This document shows positions 32,400 through 50,618 of a stretch of DNA of 64,000 nt, one piece after another; position 1 is the stretch's first letter; every line of letters starts with the position of its first letter. The notes beneath the pieces were generated by a model, which did not search any database, was not told the DNA's origin, and saw only the letters and a program-made list of their open reading frames with translations. This stretch comes from the human T2T-CHM13v2.0 reference genome, Homo sapiens. The stretch lies in the NCBI RefSeq assembly GCF_009914755.1, contig NC_060934.1; one strand, 5' to 3'. Position numbers and translations under genes: made by a program.

Positions 32400-34230
32400 T
32401 ATCAACTCCAAAGAAGAAACAAACTTATGGAAACTCCATCAGAACATACAGGAAGAAGGAACACTTGATGTGAAATTGTGAGATACCAGCAATACCCTGC
32501 TACCCATAATAGAAAACAGTATCCCAAATAAAATGACAGACTAATATAGCCCATGATCTTGTTCACAAAATTGATTATAAAATATAAACATGTCAAACCA
32601 GTAACCTATGACAAATATAGGACATCATGGCCAAGTGACATTTATGCAGAATTACAAGTTCATACTTCAGTGTGTAACTTTGAAATGCACAATGGAATAA
32701 TTAAATCAGGAAGACATAGTTGAGTCAGTTCAATACATTTGAAACATTAATTCACAAATTTCATCACCTATTTATTTTATTTAAAAATCCCAGCAAATTT
32801 GAAATAGAGGGGAATTTTCTCCACGTGATAAGTTACATCAATGAAGAAAATTAACCTAATATAATGTGTGAGACGTGGAAATCATTTCTCCCTGTGATTG
32901 CGAACAAGGCAAAGATATCAGCTCTCATCATTCTCTTCAATTTTAGATAGAATATTTAGCAAATGCGGCAAACAAAAGAGAAAACAGGCAGAATGTTGCA
33001 AAGAAAACAGTAGGACTTCCTTATTTACCAAAGACATGAATTGATACGAAAACATTTAAATGAATGTATTTTTAGACCCATGGAACTAATGAATGTGATT
33101 AGCATGGTTTTACATTTAAGGGTAATGTACACATTCATTTTTATTTCTATATTTTTAGCAACAGTTCATTGGAACATAGATGAATCAGTATTGTACAATG
33201 TCAGTTCTCAACACCGTGATCTCAAGAGTCAACTCCATTTTAATCAAAATTCCAGAGAAATTAACCAGCTTATTCTACAATTGATATAGCATGTATTATC
33301 TGAGGAATTATACTCATATTTTCAGACTTAAACTATAAGACATAGCAATTAAAACAGTGTTGAATTGGCATGGGATGCATCAATAAACCAGTGGAATAGA
33401 ATAGATAATTCATGCATACATTTGTACATATAAGTGGTCTTTTAAACTTCCATATAGATATAAATGATCTTTAATGGAGACTGGAAATACTTTTGTACAA
33501 ATATTGCTTAGATCACTGTAGATTTATTAAAAGAGATAATCTGCCTTGAATACTCCCACACACCATCAATGCAAATTAACTCAGTATTAATATAAGAGCA
33601 TAATGTAAAAGTTAAGTCAAGAAATGTAAAAGCTAAGTCAAAATGTGAAAAGCTGAGTCATTTAAGAGAAAACAGAAGAATAGCTTCATGAAATAGGAGT
33701 AGTCAAGAATGTTTTGGGTAGCAAATTAAAATGCTAATGAAAAAAGAAAAAAAGTGTAGATTACTTTTCATTAAACATGAAAACTCTGCTCATCAAAAGA
33801 CACCAGTGATAAAATGAGGAGACTGTTCAAAATTATTAATAACATTCAACTGAAAAAAACTTGCCTCTAGTTTATATAGAAATGCTCACAACATTAAGCA
33901 TTTCATTAAGCATTAAAATGCTTACATTTTATTTATCAATAAAAATGTAAAGAAATTTTTAAAAGTAGGCATAGGACTTGAATAGAAAATACACAAGAGA
34001 AGAAACACAAAAGTTTGATGAAGAAACTCTAAAGTATTTGATATCATTTTTCATGAGGGAAATAGGAAATCATGCTGAAATACCACTCGCACCTTCCAGA
34101 AGAAGGCTAAAATTAAAATGACTGAAAACAACAGGAATTGGCAGGAAGAGGGAACAACCAAAGCTGCCATTTTCTGTCAGAGAGAAAGCAAACAAGTACC
34201 ATCACTTTAGCAAAGGACAAGGCAAAACAA
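32400..34230 (+). mobile_element. Old L1M ORF2/3' remnant
   Basis: Degenerate ORF2 motifs (GAACAAGGCAAAGATATC, CTCTGCTCATCAAAAGACACC, GGACTTGAATAGA). Confidence 0.7.
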
Positions 34231-35899
34231 AATATCTTCTTTGACCGGTGGAACTAAAGGTTGGAGGTAACAGCTGGAGAGAAATGTGGGTACCTGCCTC
34301 CCAAGCGAGTGGATTAACCTGTCCTGGCCTCTTCTGAGAACCACAGCACTGCAAATCCAGTGGTTAAGAAAGCAACGTCGCCTCTTCTGTCTGAGCTTCA
34401 GTTTTCATATCAGTACACTGGGCCTTCAGCCTTGCATGGCCAGAGCCCTCCTCCTTGGGTGTGTGGGTTTCCCTTTATGTCCCCCCAAGTGTATCAGGAG
34501 CATGTGGCTTTTCCACTGTGGTTTTAAGCGCTATTTACAGGAACCATCTGCAGAGTCTGCAGAGTTCACTGTGCATGCATACAGTTGTGCAACAGTGGCT
34601 TTGTCTGAGTCACTGATTCCACTCATTCATCCTACAGATAGGAACAGGAACATTCCAGAAGGAAGGTCTATGATCCTCTTAGTCTCTGTAGCAATCTTCT
34701 CAGAGATACCTATAGGCATTATGTATCATTTCTCATTCTAAATTAACTTCATTAATTTTTTTGACACAGGAAAGTATTATAAAAACAAGGCTACAGGGGT
34801 GGCCCCAGCTTTCTTATACAAATCTTTTCTGCATGGTCATCTCAGTCTGTGCTTTTTCACACTGCACATCCTCCATGCTTCGGTCTGGGCTGAGCCACCT
34901 GGCCAGGCTTGATGGGAATTGTCTTGGAGGAAATGGGCTACTAGGCTAGCATGAACTTTGCTTCTTATGTGAAGTGATGGGGTTGGGGTAACAGGTTGTG
35001 GTAATAGGGTGACCGGGAGTCCAGACATGGCTGTTACCAGCTCCTCTTCTCTACATCTTTCTACAGATTTCACAAAGGTAGGTTCCAAAATTATTTTTCC
35101 CTATATCTTTGTTGTTCCAATCTTTTTTATTTTTAATCTCTGCCTTCTCTACTTAAGAGACAGACAGACAGACATATCTCGTGATAGCTGCAGGATGGTT
35201 CTTTGGGAGGCCTTGAACTGACCCAGTTTTCCAACCTTTCTCACTTGTAGTTCTCAGGAATAACTTTGGAATGCTCTGGTAATGCAGCAACCTGAGATAT
35301 GTCAGAACTGGTCATGGCAGCCCAGGCTCTGCTCCTGTCCCACTTAGGAACGGAATGTCCTTCAAACCGTAGTTTATATCAAGAGGTCCTTGAAAATGAA
35401 ACACTAAGACAAGCTTCTACTGATGAGTAGGAATGGAGCAAGCAGCCAAGCATTCTCAAAACAAAAGAAGCAACTGCATCCTGCATCCCAGGATGACTCA
35501 TCTAGGATCTCTCTATCTCTGTCTGAAGTCCACCATTACAGAGCACGCTTTTAGGTCCGTGACTGATGAAAAGCCTTTCTCTATGACTCCTTCTTCTCCA
35601 CAGCTCCTGCTAAGGCAAACCTATCTGATAGTTCCGCTTTCACACATGTGGTTCTTACACTCAGGTGGGAGATAAAAAAGGATGGATTAGGCACTAGAGA
35701 TACCTAATGGCCATGGATGGAATGTGTTACATCACTTTTGCTCACATTTGCATTCCTAGAGCCAGATCACTTAGTCCCAACCCAACAAAACTGCAAAGGA
35801 TTCTGAGAAATACTGCTTCCTGTGCTCCCAAGGAAAAGAAATGGTGCTGGAAATGAAGCCCGATTTCTGCCATAGTGTATGAGAAGATACCACTCAGGG

Positions 35900-36760
35900 G
35901 ATTTTGCTCTTTGGGGACAGTGATCATAGAAATGGGGGATAGCTGAAGAGTTACTGGGTGGAGGGTACATTATTTTTCAGATGAGATATCTTATACCATG
36001 TCTGCGTCCAGTTGAGAAGGATGAAATAGAGAAAGAAAACTGGTAAAGCAAACTGAGTTACTTGCTGAAGAGATATCCTTGAGTCACTGAGAGGAGGGTA
36101 AGATTGAGAACATGAGTAACTTGTTTGGCCTTAGAAGAGAACACAGACAGTTCATCCACGAAAAGAGGAGGAAGGCCAGAGTTTGTGGTCACTGATGGAG
36201 GCAAATTGGGACATTTGGTTGTGAGAAAGGAAGTTATTTTCTGATCGTTTTCAATTTTGCAGCGAAGTAAAAAGCAAGATCTTTAGGCAAGAGTGAAGAC
36301 TGGAAAGTGTGGAAGGCTTAAGGAAAGAGGATAAGGTTTAAAGTTAGTTATTATCTGGAGGCATGGCAGAGTAAGGGAGAGAAAACGCAGCAGGATTACT
36401 GGGTAGCACTTGGGGTTACTTGATGTTAGAAGTCATTAATTTACAGTGAGAGAGGCATCATGATTGTGTATTTTTCTATAAGCAAGGCCAGTTTTTGAGG
36501 TGCGGGTAAAGAGTAAATTGAGAGTAGAATTTTGACACGGTTGAAATTTTTGACCCCCAGGACACTTAAAAGAGGGAGGGAATTATTAAAGGAAGTGGAA
36601 ATTGCAAAAGAGTGATTATAATAATTAGCCTCACCATCTAAGTATGCAGGAAAAAAGTGAAGACATGAGGACAGTGAGAGGCAGTGACACAATAATTGGC
36701 TCAAGGGTTACACGGTCCTAGGAAGTTCAAGAAGTGTTGTTGTCTGGTTCCAGAAGGAAA
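35900..36760. mobile_element. L2 LINE fragment
   Basis: Purine-rich degenerate L2-like sequence (TTGGCCTTAGAAGAGAACACAGACAGTTCATCC, CTGATCGTTTTCAATTTTGCAGCGAAGTA). Confidence 0.55.
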
Positions 36761-39024
36761 CGAGGTGAAGAGAACAAAATTACCCCCACAGATTTATCTG
36801 TGCATTTGAATTTCCAAAAAAGTGTACCAGAAAGTTCATCATTACACTGGTGACTTTATAAATTCAGCATTGTAAATTCCATTCCCTATCTGTGGTTCAA
36901 GTCAGTTCAGTGCTGTGAACTCAGGCTGAGCTCACTTAAATACCACACAAGGCTACGGCAAGTCCACTCCATGCCTGCCAGTTCCTGTGTTTGTCGTGAT
37001 CCGAACAGTCAAGTGAAACCATAACATTAGAAGCATGTTTATATCGTGTCATATGTCATTTTCAATTTATTTTAAGCTTGGATTCTTTTTTTTCTTTTTT
37101 AGAACAGCTTGATACCAGAAGAGTTTTGGAAATGATACTGTGTGAATAAAGCGTTAGCAAAACCCTTTCTCCTATTCATGAAATTTGACCTTGGGTTAAC
37201 TTTCTAGTTCTGTTTGCCTGGAACCCTGATCAGGGTGGAAATCCAGCAGTGTTCATGAGCAATATTGCTTATAAAAATGACCTGTGATTGAATCATGAAC
37301 TGCTTCAAACTGGGAGGACAGAATCAAGTAAAATATCAGTTTTGGAACCATAGTTTTGGACTTTCTGAAGTGCGGTGATTCTTGTGTCTCATATGTCCCT
37401 TGTGGAGACCTGGAAACTTTGCCTATGGAGCTATTGTCATAACATATATTGGTTCCTATCAGGAATGAGGGAATTTTAAGCCAGGGTCAGTTCTAAGCCA
37501 TTACTGTACCTACTTGTGTAGGTCTAACTCGGTCACACCTGAAGTTTCCCTGGAGGGGCAGAGAGCAGCCCCTAGACTGCTGTGTGACTCCTGTCAGGCC
37601 TCCTCTCACTGCAGAACAATGTTTGGTGCTGTCCTAATGGCAGGCTGTGTTCCCTCTCCTATCTTTCTATCCTTCTAAATGAGTCCAGGGCTAAGTGTGG
37701 CCTATGATGAGTCTAAATGCATAGTTGTACTAATAAGATGGCAGACTGCACATTGCCCCTGGCTGTCATTTGTAAGTATATATGCACGTCACTCAGTATT
37801 CTGACATTGTGCAACCCAAACCCAATATGAAAAGGTAAACTGAATTCGAGGGTTTACATGAGACTATAGTTATCATCAATGACTGGATTTCCAAAATTTT
37901 TATGTTTATTAGAGCGCTCTGTCTCGTGTAAAGGAATAAATTTGAATTAAACAATTACTTTTTGATGAAATTGTTCTTTAACCTCTTCTATGTATTTGTG
38001 TTCCCTGTAAGATTTTGATTGAAATAAAATTGTCTTTACTTTTGCCAAGTAGAAACATCCGCTGCTCTGTAGCTGTCACATAGAAGATGCTCCTGAACCT
38101 ACCTGCATGCTGACAGTGTCAGGGAGCTCAGCACCCAGAGGCAGGATACTCCACTCCCCACAGCGTCATTGCCTGGGTGTCAGCTCTGGAATGTATTTGA
38201 AATTGTGCCTTGCCTCTGCTGCTACTGGAAGATTTAGTGGTTGCATTATAAAATATTCCTTCTAATGGGAGGGGTCAGAAGCAGGAAGGGGAGCTTAGTA
38301 TTATGCAAGAAGTTTTAACTGGACTATCTATCTGCCAAATGTAGCATGGGAGGGGTGTGTGTGCATGTGCGGGTGTGTGTATCCATTTCCAGCCCCACTC
38401 CACAAGTTATCTCATCATTCATGAGTACTTCCTGTCATTCTTCCCGTTGGCACTCTCCAGCTGAGACCTCTGACACAGACCACATCATGGATAGGAACAG
38501 AGAGACCCACTGAGATCCTGGGTTAACAAATGTAGGAAGAGAAGCCACTCTTGGTAGGAGGGAGGTTGAAATCAACTGATTGCAGACATGGGTGGGAAAC
38601 AGACCCTTAGTGCATGTAATTGATAAAGATGCTGTTATGAAAGACCCAGAATTGGGCATAGACATCCACAGCTGCAGAGTTTAAGGGGCCAGCATCAAAA
38701 TGACCACATCTTAGAGCAGACAGGAGTGGGACAAAGATACTAAAGGACACAGAGAAGGATCAGCCTTTCAAGGGCCTCCAGGAATGAGAGAATTCTGGTG
38801 CTCATGATTTCAAGACATTCTTCATTCTCCAGGAAAAGGTGATCCCATGGATCCTGAAAGAGGAGCAACTGGAGTTTGCCTCATAACCCGCAGACACACT
38901 TTATAGGAGAGGGGTGCTACTATTTGTGGTGGCCACTGCATAGAGATTGTCCAAAGGACAGGCTCATGCCTCCTTCAGGAGCCTGTAGTTTTTCATGAGT
39001 CCTGAGCAAAAACTCCTGTGCATA

Positions 39025-39895
39025 CTTGTTTTAGTTTCCTAGGATGACTGTAGTAAATTAACACAAGCTAGGTGGATTAAAACAACAAAAATTCATTTGC
39101 TCCAATTTCTGGAGTCCAGAAGTCTGAAATCAAAGTGTTGGCAGGGCTACACTCCCTTTAGACACTGTAGGGGAGGATCTCTTTCTTGCCTCTTTCAGCC
39201 TCAGCTTTCTTCTTCCTTCCTTCAGTGTTTGCAGATGTTTCTTTGCTTGTGGCTGCATTGCTCCAATCTCTGCTTCCTCATTCCTTCCTCTTCTTCTTCT
39301 GGACATCTGTCTCCAAACTCCCCCTGCCCATCTTGATACATGTGATTTTATTTAGGGCCTGCAATGGACTGAATGTTTGTTTCCTCTCGAAATTCCTATC
39401 TTGAAATCCTAACTGTCAATATGATGGTATTAGAAGTTGTGGCCTTTGGAGGTGATTAGGTCATGAGGGTGGAGCTCTGCTAAATGAGTTTGTGCCATTA
39501 TGGAGTCTGTGACTCTAGAGAGCTCTACCAGTCTCTTTCTACCATGTGAGAGCACAAGGAGCAGTCAGCTGTCTAGAACCTGGAAGAGGTCCACAACCTC
39601 ATCGGAACCCGGCCATGGTAGCATGCTGATCTTGGACTTCCATCTTCCAGGACTGTGAGAAATAAATTTGTTATTTATAAGTCACCCAGTCTACAATACT
39701 TTGTTACAGCAATCTGAAATGGCTAAAAAAGAGCCCAACCAAATAATCCAGGGTAATTCCTCCTTGCAAGATCCTTAATTTAATCATATCACATATAAGA
39801 TAGTATGCACTATTTTGCCCTGTAAAGTAATATTCACGGATCCCAGAGATTAGAATATGAATATATCATTGGAGGTTACCTTTCAGCTAACAACA
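39025..39895. mobile_element. MLT1C-like LTR with a nested, oppositely oriented MLT1A/MST-like LTR (about 39360-39728)
   Basis: TGTTTTAGTTTCCTAGG...TTTAGGGCC resumes at GAGCCCAACCAAATAATCCAGG after an inserted TGCAATGGACTGAATGTTTG...GGCTAAAA unit. Confidence 0.75.
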
Positions 39896-41464
39896 GTAGT
39901 TTTCATACAAAATTTGGCAAACTGGTAGGCCCAAACTAACCATTACTATTCAGATATTGGTGCCCAGAAGGGTGCTGTGAGGGAGCAATCCCGTTTCTGG
40001 AACAAGCATTAATCTTCCTGACTTTCCTGGTGATGCATGTGGAACTCACATAGTGAGATAGGACTGCACAAAGTTTATGTTATTCCATTTCCTATCCCGT
40101 TCATCTCCACGCACTTTCCTCTGTCTTGTCCATCAGGCTCCTCTGGGTAGCAAATGTACAGTTACAGGGGTCTCATTCAGGTAGCGCAATTTCCTGGGAC
40201 TGGGGCCTCCCTTAGGCCCAGGTAGGTGTGTTACTTTCCTCATGAGACATACTAGGCCTGTGTTCTTCAGGTCCATGAGGGTGGTGATGGACTCATGGAC
40301 ACAGAGTTCACAGTGGGCGGCCAAATGACTGCCTGTTGCTGGCAAAGGTCCTATTTCCCTCCATGATCATGGATTCCTGCAAGATCAGAGCTGGAGAAGA
40401 GAGAGATCACAGTCAGGCCTTTGATTAGAGTCTGGCTTCTATGCATCTATGAGTGTTTGTATGTTTGCTGTATACATGTTTATTTTGTGTGTCTCTTGGG
40501 TGTTTCTTGTATGTGTGCTTGTGTGTGTGTAAGGAAGGGTATGGTACTGCCTCATCATCTTTGTTTTATGTATCATTCTGTCCTTCCATGTGAAAGTGGT
40601 TGCCTGTCCTCAGCAGTTTCTTCTTTTGGCATCTCTAAGTGATGCCTCTTGAGGTGGGATGATAAGGGGAGGCAAGTCTGAAAGGAAGAGCTAGGTTATG
40701 TAACACTGGCCAGAAACTGGGAGAGAAGAACAAGAGGAATTGCTTGAACCAATTTATGACCTAGAGTATGGATTAACACATGGAGAATATGCTTGATGAC
40801 ATGAGTTTTGAGTGAGACAGTTGTGAATTTTCAACTTTCTAAAGCTACCTCACGTGAACTGTGAGCTCGCTGCGAGTGTCCCAACCTCTTAGATTCTCTT
40901 TTCCTCTTTTGTAAAATGATGTTTTATGAGGTCATGGTGCAAAGTTTCTAAGTACAAAATATGGCACATAAAAGGTACTCAGAAACCCCTTCTACAAGTT
41001 TTTCTTCACCTCTTGTTCCACTCTGATTCTCCTGTAAAGATTTAAATCACATGGCACCCAACCTGTACACACACCTAGCTCACTCCTGGTCCTCTCCCAG
41101 CCAGCTCCCCGCTACTCACTTTGGTTGCAGTGACAAAGTCCTGCTGTGGGTTACATGGGCTCATTGGGCTCCGAAGTTCCCCCTCACCCTTAGCTAAAAG
41201 CCTGGTGTCTGCCTGAGGGTGGCCTGCAGCTCCTTGCCCAGATTGGCCTTCAGTACTGTGGAGACACCTTCCTGTGAGGTCAACGTCGAAGCCATCATTA
41301 TTCTCATAAATGTAGCAGGACCCAGCCTTTGAATCACACACACTACAGTAGCCCACTCCCTCCTCATGAATCCCCCAGTGGGGATGTGAGCCCAGACCGC
41401 AGAGTGACTTTTTATGGAGGTCCTGGAAAGCACATGAAAATATCTCAATTCATTCATTCATTCA

Positions 41465-41496
<32 letters not shown>

Positions 41497-41588
41497 TCCC
41501 AATCATAAGACTGAAGCTCAGAAGGATGTTTTCCAGGGAACAATTCAGTCTACTGTAGTATACACAACAGGAGTCTCCACTGCCAAGT

Positions 41589-42222
41589 GTATTTGTTTTC
41601 TAGGGCTTCCATAATAAACTACCACAAACTGGGTGGCTTAAAACAACATAAATTTATTCTTACACAGTGCTGGAGGCTAGAAGTCTGAGAGCAAGGTGTC
41701 ACTAGGGTTGGTTCCTACTGGAGGCTCTGAGGAATATTATTCTATGCCTCACTCCTAGCTTCTGATATAGGCCATCATAGGTAAACAGCCCTGAGGAATT
41801 AGCAGCAGTTTCCTGGCTGAATGGTTCATCATATTCTGTGTTTTCTCATAGAATGGACGATTTTAGTAGAAAACAAGTTTGTAGGCAGACGTTTCAGAAG
41901 AAGTTGGCAGAAGTTTCTGATACCAGTATTGTCCACAATCTTTGGCAGTCTTTGTCTTAAAGATGTGTCACTCCACTCTCTGCCTTCTTCATCACACAGC
42001 ATTCTCCTTGTGTGACTGCGTGTCCAAATTTCCCTCTTCTTAGAAGGACACCAGTCAGTGGATTAGGGCCTGCTCTAATCCAGTGTGGCCTCGCCTTGTC
42101 TTTATTATAACTGTAAAGACCCTAATTCCACATAAGGGTGCATTCATAAGTCCTGGTGGTTAGGACTTGCATAGATTTTTTTTTTTTTTTTTTTTTTTTT
42201 GCGACACTATTTAGCCCACAAC
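41589..42222. mobile_element. MLT1B/C-like LTR with internal insertion and poly-T
   Basis: TGTATTTGTTTTCTAGGGCT...ACCACAAACTGGGTGGCTTAAAACAAC...TTAGCCCACAACA. Confidence 0.75.
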
Positions 42223-42369
42223 ATTAAGGAATGGGAATTCCTGACCAAGGACACTGAAGGTGGTCTATCCTGTGTTTCATTTCTTCTCCTTTGGTCCCTG
42301 GCCATCCCTTCCCAGTTCTGTCTTTTTATTGCTGGCTTATAGCAGTTGTTTCTGTATCCTATGTATCCT

Positions 42370-46640
<4,271 letters not shown>

Positions 46641-47121
46641 ATAGAGAAAGTTACAAAATAGATTTTCTTAATACCTGAAACTTGGTAAAAAGCTGTGGTA
46701 TTAAACTGTGGTGATGTCATTAGGGGAGCCCTCTACCCAAACAGAAAGGAAGGCTCAACAGAGCACAGGTGTTTGTTGTAAATGGAAAAATAAATCCGTC
46801 TTATTTTCATACTGCAGCAAGTTAACACTATCGAAAGCATTACAGATTAATTAAACTAGATAATTAATGTAGGATGCAAAAGATAGGGCCTCATAGTATA
46901 TATTAAAAATATTATATAATTAGCATGACTACTACTGCTGCTGCTAACTACTACTACTACTATTATTGCTTTGTTGGTGCTGTTAGTGATCATTTTTAGT
47001 GATTGCCCACAAAAGGAACAATACTGGATATGAGGAAATTGATATAATTTATCTTTTCAAGCATACTGTGGGCCTGTGGGTTGCAGTAAAAAGACAAGGA
47101 GGGCCTGAGTGATATGACCCT

Positions 47122-47495
47122 TCAGATAGGGAACTCACAGACGGCCAGATGGGAGGTGGAGCAGGGGACGTCATTCCACTGGCCATTTTTCAGTAGCAAT
47201 ACACAATCTTCATCAGAACCAGCATTGTTGGGTTCACCCTCGTTCCAGTTTGTGTAGGTCAGTCTATTTCCTGTCAGATCCACAAACTGCCCTTCTGTCT
47301 TCTCATCAGTGATGCCCAGGAAGGCTTCCTCCTTGATGAGATTCTGAATGGCTCCATTCTCTGCAGCATTCCTGGGGGTGGCCACAGAGGCCTGGAACTT
47401 GACACACAAGGCCTTCACTTTTTCAAAGGTCATTATTTCACCATTGGTCAGGAAGAACTTGTTCCCAACTTGTTTGCCCAGAGAGAAGGTCAGCC
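47122..47495 (-). CDS. MBL2: MBL2 coding exon 4 (C-type lectin carbohydrate recognition domain)
   Basis: Acceptor TTTTAG|GGCTG; [15 protein letters not shown]...EPN...WND...CEFPI then TGA at 47122-47124; EPN and WND are the mannose-type CTLD motifs; the four exons total 747 nt (248 aa). Confidence 0.99.
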
Positions 47496-47575
47496 CTAAA
47501 ATGTGAAAAAGTGGGTGAAACTCACTCATCCTTAAGCCCAACTCAAGGTATTTCTCAAGAAAAAGTCTTCTAGAG

Positions 47576-47752
47576 TAGAGTTGCCGGATAAAATATAGTA
47601 TGTCCAGTTAAATTTGAATTTCAGACAAACAATGAATATTTTAGTATATCTCCCATATAATTTTTCAGACACACTTATACTAAAAATGTTTTTCAGCTGA
47701 AATCCAATTTAACTGGTGCTTTGTCTTTTTATTTGTTAAATATGGCAACCCA
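47576..47752. mobile_element. MER53 palindromic hAT MITE in MBL2 intron 3
   Basis: TAGAGTTGCCGGATAAAAT...CCAGTTAAATTTGAATTTCAG...TTTAACTGG...ATGGCAACCC terminal inverted repeats. Confidence 0.8.
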
Positions 47753-47959
47753 AATGTGAACAGACAGACTGGTACAAAGGCCTCTCTGTGCTTTCAGATC
47801 AGAATTCTAAAAGACATATAATTTGGACTTCTGAATTCTAAATTGTTAACTTGAGACCAAACAAAAAATGTCTGAAAATATTTGCCCCAGGCAGGTTAGA
47901 CCCCACGGCCAGGTCTCAATACCAGTGCAACAAAGGGATATAAGTCCCATTTTCAGTGA

Positions 47960-48178
47960 GCAATATCAGACGGTAAAGGATTAGGGTCTCTCGAGTCAGA
48001 CTGACTTCCATCTATAAACCACCCCTGCCATTTATTAGCTCTGTGCATTTGAACAAGTAATTTAACTTCCCTTTGCCTCCATTTCTACCAAAATGTTGTG
48101 AGAATTTCATGAGGTAAGAATATGAGAAATGCCTAGCAGGGTACAGAAAATTATATGCATTCAACAAATATTTGTTGC
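47960..48178. mobile_element. MIR SINE in MBL2 intron 3
   Basis: TGAACAAGTAATTTAACTTCCCTTTGCCTCCATTTC core. Confidence 0.7.
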
Positions 48179-48231
48179 ATTCTATTTTTCCCAAACTTCA
48201 AGCTGCCTGGAGAGTAAGAGAAAAAGCTTAC

Positions 48232-48300
48232 ACTTTTTGATACGTGCCATTTCTGTTTGCAGAGCTTTTCTTTCTGAGGCAGCCAGGCTACTATCACCAT
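48232..48300 (-). CDS. MBL2: MBL2 coding exon 3 (neck coiled coil)
   Basis: Acceptor TTTTCTAG|ATGGTG; DGDSSLAASERKALQTEMARIKK; donor AAGT|GTAAGC; 69 nt. Confidence 0.99.
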
Positions 48301-48840
48301 CTAGAAAATTAGAACAAAGTAAAGAAGCATTGTTGAGAAGGAGCCTCAGAACTGTGCATATACAAGGGAGTGGAGTATCTTTTTCAAACTGAAAAAAAAA
48401 GCTTATTTTACATTGATGTTTACACTTTGAAGGAAAATAAAAAATACTGAAAAGCCCAAAGAATGAAAAATCGCTATTTCCATCCAACCCCAAATGTCCC
48501 TCTTTGTCTGTTTACTGTATCCCAAAGTACGCATACATATCACATGCACACATATACTCCCTGATTACCTAGCAATCCATATGCCAGGTTCTTCACAGAT
48601 TTTTTTTTCAAATAAATTGTTCTATCAAAACTAAAAAGAAATCTCTTGAGGCGTTACTCTATTATGACCTGGTGAAGAGTGACGAAAAAGATTGCAGAGT
48701 TTTTGTCTTTGGAGAGGTTTTGCTTTTGATGTCTTTTGTTTTGTTTTTGTTTTTTCCAGGTTTGTTCTGTTAGTCAGGAAACCAAGATTTTTGTGAGTTG
48801 CCCATTATCCAAGTGGGGAGGGCATGAGCAAATCACTTGT

Positions 48841-49292
48841 TGTAGTAGATGGCAAAAATGGCCTCAATAGGGTACAGCTCCTCGCATTAAGACATGAGTC
48901 TTACCCCACTCCTTGAATCTGGGCTGGCCTTGTGACTTGTTTTGACCAATACAGTCTGACAGAAATGATAATGTGCTCTGAGTCTTCAAGAAGCCTAAAG
49001 CCTATCTTATTTCTACTCTTGGGAATCCTGTAATCACTGCTATGTGAACAAGCCCTGTTGGATGATGAGAGATGTGGTTCAATTACCCTCATCACTCCAG
49101 CTAACATTCAGACAACAGCCAGACACATGAGTGAGACTATTGGCCATCAGTTGACCACAGACATGTGGGTAAGCCCAGCTTAAACCAGCAGAGAAATCAC
49201 ATGGCCGACCCACAGACTTGTGATTTAAATTGACGGCTATGTTTTTAAGCTATTAAGCTTTGGCTTGGTTTCTTATGAAGTAAAATATGACA
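48841..49292. mobile_element. MLT1-type LTR in MBL2 intron 2
   Basis: CTTGAATCTGGGCTGGCCTTGTGACTTG...TTTTAAGCTATTAAGCTTTGG. Confidence 0.7.
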
Positions 49293-49652
49293 TACCATGG
49301 TTACATGCTTTTGTAAAAATAGGTATAATAAGCCCACACTTAGATGGCCTGTTTTCTCCCTCTAGGACCAGGGCCTCACATTAGACTGTTTCAGCTGATG
49401 GAGAATCCAGGCTCAGCTCTTACAGGGAGTGCCTGATGAGGGAGTTGTCTTGAAAAGTTTGTAAGTCTGTACTCAGGCACTTATAGGAATTCCCTAAGGC
49501 TCTAAGAATGAAGAGAGGGCTGAGGGCACTGGGTCAGAAAGCAAATTTGGGTATCTTCCTTTGAAGGAACAGGAGAAGGGGCACCTCTTACCAGATACTC
49601 AAGGTCTCAGAACCCTGGGTGAAGTCAGCTCAGACCTTGCTGGGGTCCTTAC

Positions 49653-49769
49653 CCGGACTTTTTCCAGGGTCTCCTTTTTGGCCCTTTGGTCCTGGTGACC
49701 CAGAAGGCCCTGGATTTCCTGGAGGCCCCAACTTTCCAGGGGGGCCCTGTAAGCCTCTGAGCCCTTGGC
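49653..49769 (-). CDS. MBL2: MBL2 coding exon 2 (collagen-like Gly-X-Y repeats)
   Basis: Acceptor CCAACAG|GCCAAG; [39 protein letters not shown]; donor CCGG|GTAAGG; 117 nt, phase 1-1. Confidence 0.99.
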
Positions 49770-50431
49770 CTGTTGGAAGACAAAGGAAATGTGACTTAAT
49801 ATCTATGTTCTTGCTCTCTCTCTTCAAGAGTTTGATGCCCAATCCCTTCTCAGGAGAAAGGAGACCTTGACCCAGGACTGACCTTTCTGAGCACTGCTCT
49901 CAATAACTGTATGGTGTGCACCTGAGAGCAATAACTTAAGAAATAAAGTTGCCACGTGGAGGTTGCTGCAGGGAGGGTGCAAAGTGAAAATTAACTGCAT
50001 TTGTTTTTACAAGTAGTTGTTGTTCTCCTGTCCAGCCCACTGCTGCTGGATCTCCCTGTAAACAGGTTCCCCCAGTAAAACCTATGTTTGTTTGCTGACT
50101 CCATCTCTTCTTTGGCCTCTTGAACCTGGTGCCATCCCTACTGAAGTGAATAGGGGTCTGACATGACAATGACCCAGAGAAGAAAAATTCATCCTGTGTC
50201 CCATGGGATGGCCTGACCTGTGGGCCACTTTCCTGGGCTGGCAAGACAACTATTAGTCACAAACTGCTGTGTGGAATTCTGAGATGCCAGAGAATGAGAG
50301 CTGAATCTCTGTTTTGAGTTATAGTATAGTTGAGAAAAATATACTCAAATAGGACATCAGTCTCCTCATATCCCCAGGCAGTTTCCTCTGGAAGGTAAAG
50401 AATTGCAGAGACAGAACAGCCCAACACGTAC

Positions 50432-50618
50432 CTGGTTCCCCCTTTTCTCCCTTGGTGCCATCACGCCCATCTTTGCCTGGGAAGCCGTTGATGCCTGGAG
50501 AGCTACAGGCAATCACTGCAGGGCAGGTCTTTTGGGCATCCTCACAGGTCACAGTTTCTGAGTAAGACGCTGCCACCATACTCAGGAGAAGGAGAGGGAG
50601 TGATGGAAACAGGGACAT
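50432..50618 (-). CDS. MBL2: MBL2 coding exon 1 (signal peptide, Cys-rich N-terminus, start of collagen-like region)
   Basis: ATG at 50618 in ACCATG context; translation [62 protein letters not shown]; donor CCAG|GTACGT at 50432/50431; 187 nt. Confidence 0.99.

Noticed and set aside
47122-47541. Track ORF starts upstream of MBL2 exon 4 (likewise 48493, 49842 and 50627)
   Set aside because: The extensions are intronic or UTR read-through; the splice sites define the true exons.
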